A stretch of DNA of 64,000 nt from Callorhinchus milii (taxonomy: Eukaryota): the NCBI RefSeq assembly GCF_018977255.1, contig NW_024704752.1:806001-870000 (forward strand), written 5' to 3'. This document shows positions 12,001-22,833 of this stretch, piece by piece. Position 1 is the stretch's first letter. Every line of letters begins with the position of its first letter. The translations under genes were made by a program, and so were the position numbers. Under the pieces are notes generated by a model. It was not told where the DNA came from, searched no databases, and saw only the letters and a program-made list of their open reading frames with translations.

Positions 12001-15000
12001 AAATCATTAAGAAGTTTGGATGGACGTGGATTGCGACTATCAGAAGCAACAATGACTATGGTAACTTTGGAATGCAGGCATTTGTAGACATTGCGCAGGA
12101 ACTTGGCATTTGCATTGCCTTCTCGGAATCATTTTATAGAACAGATCCACTTGAAAAGTTAAAAAAAATTGTAAATATAATTAAATCATCTACAACTAAA
12201 GTGATTGTGGCTTTTGTTGCTAAAGCGGATATGGAGATATTGCTCACGGAAATTATAAGTCAAAATGTCACAGGAATACAGTGGATAGGAACAGAAGCTT
12301 GGATAACAGCCAAACTCATTTCTCCAGAAGAAAGTGTAAGATTTCTCATTGGGACAATTGGCCCTGCAATTCCTATGTTAGAAGTAAAAGGATTGCGAGA
12401 ATTTCTGCTTAAAATCCATCCTTCTAGTTTTCCCGGAAATGCTTTTGTGAAGAAATTTTGGGAAACTGCGTTCCAATGTACATTCCCATCAGGAAACACA
12501 AGCCAAATAACTGCTTTATCCACATGGCAACAATGCACCGGCAAAGAAGACCTGACACAAATACACAATGTATATTCTGATGTCAGTGTGGATGGAAGTT
12601 CTTACAATGTGTATAAAGCTGTGTACGCATTTGCTCATGCACTTCACAATATGCTCTCGTGTGAGAAAGGAAATGAACCATTTATGAACAATACCTGTGC
12701 ACGTGTGTCAAATTTTCAACCATGGCAGGCAAGAAAATTATGTAATTGAACATAGTTATTTAGCGTCGAGTTTATAATGTATTTGTCAAATGTTGCATTT
12801 CCTTTATAAACTTAATTATTGATCTTTAACTGTTATTTCAATGTTCAAGTAACAAAAAAAACAAAAAGATTTGAGAATTTTCTATTACCATGTTGTTTTT
12901 CATATTGTTGAACAGCTTCTTCACTACCTACAGTCTGTAAATTTCACAACTACATCCGGTGACAGGGTTTATTTTGATGGAAATGGAGATCCGGTGGCCA
13001 TGTACGACTTGATAAACTGGCAAATCGATTCGAGAGGTGTTTCTGAAATTAAAATAATTGGATCCTACGATGGGTCTGCGTCTCCGGGTCATGAATTAAC
13101 CCTGGACGAGGAGGCTATTGTATGGAAGAGTGGTCAAAACAAGGTATCTTTCAGCAGATATGGTTTTGATACTAAAGTAGGTTATCTATTTTGTCACAGA
13201 TTGCAATGTTATGTAGCAACTTCAAACAGAGTCATTGTGTGCGCACAAACCTAATTTATTTGTAAAGTATAATTAATGCAAAACACAAATTCGACTAAAA
13301 CATGGAGTGAAAGATGTGAGACATACGGAGGGGAGCAATGATTTTTTGAATTTGGAAGGAATGCTTCTTGGAGAAGGAAACACTTCTATAAATGGTTTGT
13401 ACACTTCCACCTGGTAAAGAACACTATAAGAGGGTACAAAATGGTTCTATTCAGATAGAAATCAGTTTTACATTTCAATTAAGATTCATTTAAGTACATT
13501 AAGTAGAAAAGTGGTTACACGTAGAAAGATAAAAGGTCCCATTGGTGACTCACGTTACCAAATCGGTCAGATTGAGAATCATAGCACAAAAGGAGGCCAT
13601 TGCACCCATGACAATATAATAATGATATTAATAATAATCCTTGCATTTGATATAGCACTTTCTCACATCTTCTCGACGCCTCAAAGATCTTCACAGAATA
13701 TACTGCAAAGTGAATTGACTGTATAATTGTGGGCGAAACGCGACAGCCAATTGCACACAGCAGCGTCCCCACAAACAGTCGTGGATGGAAGTGAACAATT
13801 TTATTATTGTTTTTTTTTTGAAGGATTATTATCAGGTTTGTGGAGTAAGGAAACTTGCTCAAGGTTTCGCGCTGCCGGGAATTGAACCCAGGTCTTTCGC
13901 TTGCGAGACAAGTGCTCTAACCACTGAGCTACAGGATTCGACTATATAGTTAAACCCATAAGAACCCACTTTCCCCAAAGTCTTGCAATTTTTTTTTCCC
14001 TTTCCCCATAGCCTGGGCCAATAGAAAATTGCGGATGCACATTTTTTTCCACGTAATTCACTACAAACAACCCCTGTTACAAACCTGCCACAGATGTAGT
14101 TTCTGGCCCGCGGACCTCCCGCCTGTTTACCTGACGTACATGTGGGTGGGGCGTAATATTCATATTACGTGCATTTTGTTTATTGTTTGTTACTTCATCA
14201 AAGAAATATTTTCATGTTAGACAATCAATGAGAGATTAGCAGATAGTGTAATTAGAGGTGACGCCCGGTGGAAAAGAAATTCTCCTAAGTATTCACTTGA
14301 CCATTTCGAAAGAATTAAAGAATTATTATTCAAGGACAACACATTTTCAAACAGTTCATATTTCAAATTCAAATAACCATTGATTCCATAATTAATAATA
14401 ATAACCCTTGCATTTGATATAGTGCGCAATCATGTCTTCTAGATGTCTCAAAGTGCTTCACAGAATATACTGTAAAGTCTAGTGACTGTGTTTTGTGGGC
14501 AAAATGCGGCAGCCAATTGAGCACAGCCGTGTTCCTCCAACAGTCATGGATTAAGTGACCAAATTATTATTATTATTATTTTTAAGGTAATATAACCCCC
14601 GGAAATGTGATCTGCCAATCGATTAACAACCGGATTCCTACTTACTGCTAGGTAAACAGGGGCGTGTGGAGTAAGAAAACATACCTTGTTTCGCCCTGCC
14701 CGGGAATGAAACCCAGGTCCTCTTACTTGTGAGGCGAATCCTCTAACCATTAAGCTACAGGACTCCACTTCAGGTGGTTGTTTCTTCAGTTCAGGCAATT
14801 AAACCACCAAATGATTGGAGCCTGTGAATTGGGTAACCTTTTCCCTGGAACCAAGTTTGATCATTTGGACTGCAGCAGGAATGTTGGTGCATGAAGCTAC
14901 AAAGTCCTGGAGTCCTGTAGCTCAGTGGTTAGAGCACTCGCTTTGCAAGTGAGAGACCTGAGTTCAATTCCAGGCAGGGCGAAACCTTGGGCAAGTTTCC

Positions 15001-15210
15001 TTACTCCACACGCCTAATAATAATCCCTCCAAAACTAAAAACAATAATTAAATTGGTCATTTTCAATCTACGACTGTTTGTGGGACATTGCTGTGCGCAA
15101 TTGGCTGCCGCGTTCGCCCACAAATATACAGTCAATTCACTTTACAGTGTGTTCTGTGAAGCGCTTTGGGACGTCCTCCCGACGTGAAAAGCGCTATATC
15201 AAATGCAAGG

Positions 15211-15251
<41 letters not shown>

Positions 15252-17702
15252 AGATCTTCCTGATATGCCCTTTTATCTTCATCAAAATAAGCACAAAGGC
15301 TAACTTCACTTGCAGCAGATGCATATATGTAATGCCTGAAAGTGGCTAGAGTGTAAGAATAGATAACACTGTGAGTAATGGTTCTTTCGGGTAGCATGGG
15401 AATGGGAGTCGAGGTCAAAAATGTTAGTTAGAATCCTCACAAATGGTGAGGGTTCAAGTGACCCTGTGGTAATGGAAGTAGGTGTTTGTTCCATTCAACA
15501 TACAATGCACTTCGTACTTCACATGTACCTCATGTACTTCATCTTCTGGGCAATGGCTGAACAATCATTAGACACCACCTAAACTTTGGATATGATAGCC
15601 ACATTTTAGGGTTACCTGAGCTCAGAATCCAAAATAAATATTGCACGGTATTTTAATATCGCAGATTTTTTTTAGGGGGGTGGAAGGCAGTTGAGGGCAG
15701 TGTTAATAACCTTTCATGAATATATCTTACTGCTAGGTAAACAGGGGCGTGTGGAGTAAGAAAACATACCCTGTTTCGCCCTGCCCGGGAATGAAACCCA
15801 GGTCCACTTACTTGTGAGAGGTTGATAACTTCATTTTATATCTAATTATTTAACGTGGTATTTCTTAATCGAAGATGCCACGTTCTGTTTGCAGTGAGAG
15901 CTGTATTCCTGGAACAAGAAAAGTTGCCAGAAAAGGCCAACCCGTGTGTTGCTTTGACTGTACAGAATGTGCTGAGGGAGAAATCAGCAACATCACAGGT
16001 GAGTGTAAAATTCCTCTTCCTATTTACAACAACCATTTGCCCTCCACACAGGGTAGCGTCTCAGAGCGCTTAACTGTGGCGGAGCCTGACTCTGATCTGG
16101 GCGTGGATAGCTGTCAGCACTGGCGAACACGAAAGAGGGGAGAGAGGGGGTGAGGTGGAAGGATTGAGGAAGAGTGTTCCAGAGTTTAGGGGAGTAGCAG
16201 CTGAAAGCACAACGTCCAATGGTGGGGCAGTGGGGGTGGGGGTTGAGCAGGAGGCTGGTGCCAGTCGATTTGGGAGTGAGGGGGTCGGAAGTGTAGGGAA
16301 TTGCCAGGGAGTGAATGGATTTGAACACGAGAGTGAGATCTTGACGTTGATCCGTTCGGTGATGGGGAGCGAGTGGAACCTGGGCCACAACTGGTGAGAT
16401 GTGGAGATTGGTCCGGCTCCGTATGCGGGCGGCAGAGTTTTGAATCAGCTGATCTTGTGAATGGTGGAGCTGGGGAGACAGGAGAAGTGTTTTGGAGCAA
16501 TCCAACCTGGAAGTGACAAACACGTGCACGAGGATTTTGGCTGCATTTCGGTAAGGTACGGTCGGAAGTGGGCAATATGGCAGAGGTGGAAGCAATCGGT
16601 TTTGATCAGGGACCTGATGTGGGGGAGGATGAACAGTTGGGGGTTGAACTGGACGCCGAGGTTGCGCACTGGTACAGTGAGTCTGAGGAAGAGCCCAGGA
16701 AGGCTGAGGAGTTGAGATCCACAGGAGATTTTTGAAAACTCCCTTTAGTAATATTCATGCCATACTTACTGAATTATCGTACCTTTCCCAGATTCCACAG
16801 ACTGCATTAAATGCCCTGAACAATATTGGCCCAATCAGCAGAGAGATCGTTGCCTACCAAAGGAAATAGAGTTCCTCTCCTTTACCGAAATGCTGGGAGG
16901 TGTATTGCTGACATTGGCTCTGGTGGGAGTGAGCACCACAATAAGTATTGCCATTGTCTTCTTCACACACAGAGACACTCCTATTGTTAAAGCCAACAAT
17001 TCTGAGCTCAGCTATCTGCTTCTCTTTGCATTAACGCTGTGTTTTCTGTGCTCAGTGACTTTCATTGGCGAGCCCTCAGTCTGGGCTTGCATGTTGTGCC
17101 ACACAGCATTCGCTATCGCTTTCGTTCTCTGTATTTCCTGTATTTTGATTAAAACAATCCTTGTGATTCTGGCGTTTAAGGCAACTCTTCCAAACAACAA
17201 CATGGCCAAATTGTTCGGGCCTGCTCAGCAGCGTTGGAGTGTATTCCTCCTTACCTCTGTTCAGTGCCTGATATGTACTCTCTGGTTAACTATATCACAC
17301 CCATTTCCCATGAGAAACACAGAATATTACAGAGAGATTATCATTCTGGAATGTGACCTGGGCTCTGTGAGCGCCTTTTATTCTATGGCGGGATATATTG
17401 CTTTCCTGGCCGGAGTGAGCTTTGTGCTGGCGTTTCTAGCTCGGAAATTACCTGATAACTTTAATGAGGCTCAATGTATAACCTTTAGCATGCTCACCTT
17501 TTGTGCTGTTTGGATCACTTTTATACCAGTTTACATCAGCTCTCCTGGGAAATACACCGTTGCTGTCGAAGTCTTTGCTATTTTAGCCTCGAGTTGTGGG
17601 TTATTGTTTTGTATTTTTGTTCCTAAATGTTACATTATTTTGATAAAACCTGAAATGAATACCAAAAAGCACTTGATGGGCAAAGTACCTGTAAATAAAT
17701 AG
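9063..17702 (+). CDS. V2R/OlfC-type class C GPCR, gene 2, 6 exons, about 868 aa
   Basis: Exons 9063-9286, 10734-11022, 11898-12728, 12916-13143, 15875-15998, 16792-17702; total 2607 nt in frame. The intron 3 donor is GC (CAG|GCAAGA). Same class C motifs as gene 1. Confidence 0.9.
9348..10330 (+). repeat. Unclassified interspersed repeat (starts GGGTGTCTGACACATGTGGAAACCC) with nested SINE at about 9430-9770
   Basis: Homologous copies at about 23120-24125 (+), 31270-31700 (-) and 53410-53648 (-). Confidence 0.65.
13620..13940 (-). mobile_element. tRNA-derived SINE
   Basis: Reverse complement of the SINE at 1-311, head and tail present. Confidence 0.8.
14395..14768 (-). mobile_element. tRNA-derived SINE (older variant)
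   Basis: Reverse-complement SINE, head ends GCTACAGGACTCCA. Confidence 0.8.
14908..15250 (+). mobile_element. tRNA-derived SINE (young, long TTA tail)
   Basis: TGGAGTCCTGTAGCTCAGTGGTTAGAGC head through to a (TTA)n tail. Confidence 0.88.
16010..16715 (-). mobile_element. L2 LINE 3' fragment in gene 2 intron 5
   Basis: Minus-strand translation shows [18 protein letters not shown] and PKLWNTLP, typical of the L2 ORF2 C-terminus; absent from gene 3 intron 5. Confidence 0.82.
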
Positions 17703-18429
17703 TTATCATCTATAAATGCGGCATGATCTTCGGGAATATGATAAAAATGAAGGCAAATTCTGAAATAAATATAACAAGAATCATGTGCTTGTTTGTTTGT
17801 TTGTTTGTTGTCGATGTTCCATTGTTTGACATACAGTCGTAATTTAATCTGGTAAAATAAAGTCACTTTTAACATGTGATAAAAACACTGTTTTACAGTC
17901 AACAGCAATAAATGTATCATGCTTTGTCTTCCAAATTGTGGGTTAATTCCTTTCCAATGCAATTGATGTTTGAGTATATCCGAGAAACACAGATTTGTTT
18001 AACTCGAGGTCAACATGCCTTCTGTTTAGGCATTTATTTTCATGTGGAATCCCACAATGCCACTTGGATTACAATATATTTCACTGGATTTCCTTAATTT
18101 CTGTAAGTCAAACATCAACTCTTAAAATAGTAAACATTGATTACATTAAATTACTAAGAGGTCCATGTGGAAGTTTCAGAATAAATCACTTAAAGTCCGT
18201 CTGTCCAGCACATTGAGACATCCTCCCAACGTGAAAGAGGCTATACAAATGTAATTTTGTTGTTGTTGTTGAAAAAGCATCTTTATGTGCTCCCTCAAGA
18301 GTATTATGATCATCTGTCAATTGTCAATAAATCTGCATTCCATCACTGTGCATACATGTGCAATTCAGGGAATCCACTGTCATCACCCCCCTCCTCAAAA
18401 GAAAACACCCTTGAACCATCCAACCTCAC

Positions 18430-19105
18430 AACTTAACGACCTCTTTCCAGCCAGCCCTTCCTCGCCAAAGTTCTGGAACAAGTTGTCGCTAACCAGCTTT
18501 GCTCTCACCTCTCCCTTCACTCCCTCCTCAAGCCCCTCCAGTCTGTTTTCCGCACTGCCCATAGCACAGATACAGAGCTTCACAGGTCACAAACGATGAC
18601 CCCTCTCTCACTGTGACCAGGGCTCCCTCTGCCTCCTTGTCCTCCTGGACCACTCCGCCGCATTCAACGCAGTCGACCACACCATCTTCATCCTCCGCCT
18701 CTCCTCCCTCATCCACTTCAGTGGGATTGCATTCGCATGGTTCAAGTCCTACCTAACAAAAATGCCTTCACTTTACTTCCTCAAACAGTTTCTCCTCGCG
18801 CCCCTGCCCGGTCACCTGTGGTGTACACCAGGGCTCCATCCTTGGCCCCCTCCTATTCCTCATCTACCTGCTCCCTCTTGGCAATGTCATCCACAAACAT
18901 GGGGTAAACTTCCACATGTATGCTAATGACACACAAATCTACTTCTCCTCCTCCAGCTGCAACTCCAGGTCTGACGTTCTCTTGGCCTTTCTGGCCACAA
19001 TGAGTGAAAACATCCTACAACTCAATGTTGACAAGACGGGAGCCATGCTTGTTGGCTCCTGTCAACATCTTCTATCCTGCAGCTCTGATCTCCTCAACCT
19101 CCCCC
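18430..19105 (+). mobile_element. L2 LINE RT fragment, 3'-truncated at the duplication junction
   Basis: Degenerate [13 protein letters not shown] and YANDTQIY motifs; near-identical to 29960-30632. Confidence 0.82.
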
Positions 19106-19346
19106 TAAATTTAATGAGGCTCAATGTATAACCTTTAGCATGCTCATCTTTTGTGCTGTTTGGATCACTTTTATACCAGTTTACATCAGCTCTCCTGGGA
19201 AATACACCGTTGCTGTCAAAGTCTTTGCTATTTTAGCCTCGAGTTTTGGGTTATTGTTTTGTATTTTTGTTCCTAAGTGTTACATTATTTTGGTAAAACC
19301 TGAAATGAATACCAAAAAACACTTGATGGGCAAAGTATCCAACTGA
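19106..19346 (+). pseudogene. Orphan 3' fragment of a V2R exon 6 (TM6-TM7-C-tail, ends GKVSN*), copy of gene 1 7571-7811
   Basis: Near-identical to the end of gene 1 exon 6, followed by a copy of the gene 1 3' flank. Its 5' end is fused directly to a truncated L2 fragment, with no upstream exons. Confidence 0.9.
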
Positions 19347-19434
19347 AAAACTAGCTGCCTAGATATGTAGAGATGCAGCTAAAAGCGAACATAATTTAAA
19401 TGCAGGTTAGTTTTACTGAAATGTATCAAGAATA

Positions 19435-19630
19435 CAATAATAATCCCTCCAAAAAAACAAAACAATAATAAATTGGTCATTTTCAATCTACGCCTGTTTG
19501 TAGGACATTGCTGTGCGCAATTGGCTGCCGTGTTCGCCCACAAATATACAGTCAATTCACTTTACAGTGTGTTCTGTGAAGCGCTTTGGGACGTCCTCCT
19601 GACGTGAAAAGCGCTATATCAAATGCAAGG

Positions 19631-19660
<30 letters not shown>
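19435..19660 (+). mobile_element. tRNA-SINE 3' half
   Basis: SINE body and (TTA)n tail, inserted relative to the paralogous flank at about 7890. Confidence 0.8.
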
Positions 19661-19662
<2 letters not shown>

Positions 19663-20817
19663 GAAACTAATTAAAGTACATGTAAACCGTCTAATGTTTA
19701 GTCATTTTGTGCATGGTGACATGGAATTTTTAAGTGTAACTTTACATGTTTTATATTCTCTGCTAATAAGTTATCTGATGCAACTAATATAGTTACAGAT
19801 GTTACACTTGTATTGCTGCAATCAAACTTCCCTTTGATTTATTCTCTTAATTTCTAACAGCATTGTTGTCCTTTACTGATTCCCCCCAACACTGGACACA
19901 ATCCACCTCAACTCTCTCAAATCCTTCTCACATGCATTTGCCAAAGTAGCCAATAATCCACGGGTAGACATTACTGTCTAACAAATCTAATAGAATTTTT
20001 CAATGAGGTATCGGAGAGGGTGGATAAAGGTAGTGCAGTTGATGTAGTTTATATAGACTTTCAAAAGGCATTTGACAAAGTTTATTTTTCTGAAATGTAT
20101 CAAGAAACTAACTATTGTACATGTAATCTTTAAGTCTGAAATTAAATACACTGCAAATAAATGATTTATGTTTAACATTCCTAACTGGTTTTATTGTTAT
20201 CTGATGCAACTGCTATATTAACAGATGTTGGAACAATTATACTTGTATTGCTGTAATCAAGCTTCCCTTTCCTTTATTCTCTTGTCTTTCAAACCACATT
20301 CTTCTCCTTTGCCGATTTCTCACTACTTGACAAAATCCACCTCAACTCTCTCAAATCTTCTCACATGCATTTGCCAATGTAGCCAATAATCAATGCAAAG
20401 ATATTGTAAGCAATTAAGCAATCAATAAATAAGTAAGAGACAATCAATCTGTAAGCTGTTTAAGCAATCCTTAAAAAATTGTGCAGATGGGTTAGGAAGG
20501 AGCTCAGTCCATTAATAAACATGGTTATTTGGGCTGTGGAAGTGTGTGGGGAGAACAAATGATCATTACTTCTAATTCTCTGCAAATTAACCAAATTTGC
20601 TCTATCCAGACCTGTGACAGAAGTCTCAAATCATTGTCACGTGTTACAAAGTGCTATTTCAGAAGCAAAACTATATGGCTGTCCTATGGCACGATAAACA
20701 ATTGCCAACAACAAACTCGTGGAATAAAACCCATTGTGGTGGAACATTCAGAGATAAAACGATAAAACTTAGACAAGAGGCGGAAACTAGTCTGTGCGTG
20801 CAGCTCTCAATGAATGC

Positions 20818-21175
20818 AGTGACCTGCTGACTCGCTACCAACCTGCCCGCTCCCTCCGTTCGGCGCCTCCAGCCTTCTCCATGTCTCCCGCCCGACACGC
20901 CCTACCATCAGTGGCCGGGCTTTCAGCCTATCTGCCCCCACAATCTGGAATTCCATCCCATAATCCCTTCGCCTCGCTTCCTCCCTCGCCTCCTTCAAGG
21001 CCGAAATCAAGACCCTCCTCTTTAATTGTGCCTTCGGTCACCCTTCCATCTCTCTGCCTTCCCTCACCCCTACCCCACCCCTCCCCCATGCTCAGGTCCT
21101 GACCCCAGACTGTCCAGCACGTTGGGACGTCTTCCTGACGTGAAAGGCGCTCTATAAAAGTAATTTTGTTGTTTT
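20818..21175 (+). mobile_element. L2 LINE 3' end
   Basis: DLLTRYQPARSLRS-like coding remnant, then GGGACGTCTTCCTGACGTGAAAGGCGC and a TTG tail. Confidence 0.8.
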
Positions 21176-21239
21176 TGCATCATCTCCAATGATTATAAAT
21201 TAGAATTAGGTAAATGAGAATAATGTTGATTAAAGCAAT

Positions 21240-22500
21240 TCAACAACAACAAGATTATATTTGTATAGCGCCTTTCACGTAGGGAGGACGTCCCAAGGTG
21301 CTGGACAGTGTACAGCATTTCAGACCAAGTTGGGGTCAGGGGGGGCAGGGAAGGGGGGCGGCCGATGGCATGGTCGAATAGGAGGGTTTTGAGGTGGGTC
21401 CTGAAGGAGGCTAAGGAGGGGACGAGGCGGAGTGATTGTGGGATGGAGTTCCAGAGGTTGGGGGCAGAGTGGCTGAAGGCTCTCCTGCCAATGATGGGGC
21501 GGGTGGATCGGGGAACGTGGAGCAGGCCGGAGCCGGCTGAGTGGAGGGTGTGGGCAGGTTGGTAGGGGGTTAGGTGGTCACAAAGATAGGGTGGGGCGAG
21601 ACCATTGAGGGCTTTGTAGGTGAGAACCAGGATTTTGAACTGGATACTCTGAAGGATAAGGAGCCAATGGAGTCGGGCGAGAATGGGGGAGATGGGGTCA
21701 CGGTGTTTGGTGCGGGAGAGGACACGGGCTGCAGAGTTCTGGATTATCTGCAGCCTGTGGAGGGAGGAATTGGGAAGGCTGACAAGTGGGGCGTTTTCAT
21801 AGTTGAGCCTGCAGGTGATGAAGGCATGAATAATAATAATAATAATCCTTGCATTTGATATAGCGCTTTTCACGTTGGGAGGACGTCCCAAAGCGCTTCA
21901 CAAAACACACTGTAAAGTAAATTGACTGTATATTTGTGGGCGAACGCGGCAGCCAATTGCGCACAGCAATGTCCCACAAACAGTCATGGATTGAAAATGA
22001 TCAATTTATTATTGTTTTGTTTTTTTGGAGGGATTATTATTCGGGTGTGGAGTAAGGAAACTTGCCCAAGGATTCGCCCTCTGCCTGGAGTTGAACTCAG
22101 GTCTCTCACTTGTAAAGCGAGTGCTCTAACCACTGAGCTACAGGACTCCACAAGAGTTTCAGTGGCCTGAGGGGTGAGGTCGTGGCGGAGTCGGGCGATG
22201 TTATGGAGGTGAGGTGAAGGAAGGCAGAGCGGGTCATGGCTTGGATATGGGGAAGAAAAGACAGTTGTCGAACAAGACACCGAGGTTCCTGACTGGCTGC
22301 TGAGTTGTAGTGTGCAACTGTGGAGGTTGATGCTGCCAGAGCCTGAGGTGCTGAGACGTTGGCGCGAGCCGATCAGGAGGGTCTCAGTCTTGTTCACATT
22401 CAACTGTAGGAAGTTTGCCCTCATCCAGGACTTGATGTCTGACAGACAATCTGTCAGGACAGCAGTGGCCTGTAGTTGAGGGTGGAGGCAGAAAGTTAGA
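21240..22500 (-). mobile_element. L2 LINE 3' fragment with nested SINE (21829-22151, -)
   Basis: Minus ORF HAFITCRLNY...QNSAARVL...LHWL...APNLWNSIP; (CAA)n tail at 21240; a full SINE interrupts it. Confidence 0.85.
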
Positions 22501-22833
22501 GTTTAACCATCACAATCCCAAATGGTATAAAGGATAATTTTAAAAGTTGCTTCCATGATTACGCAGAGGGGAAATCCCTGATGAGATACACTCAGATACT
22601 TGGCCACAATCGTTACAGCTGACAGTTAATTTTCCGGAGGCACATAGGAAATTATATTCTACTGGGATTTTAAATAATCTCCAAATTACCTTCCACTGAA
22701 TTGCATCAAAGGCGGCAATTCCCAGAAAGCCCCGCTGTAGTACAATATAAAACACACATACGGTGACGCATATATTGGACAATTGAACTTGTCTGCTCGG
22801 ATAACTGCAACTTCTGATTGACGTAAATAGTAA

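Noticed and set aside
14908-14985. tRNA gene (also at other SINE heads)
   Set aside because: The tRNA-like head runs straight into a SINE body and TTA tail in many copies.
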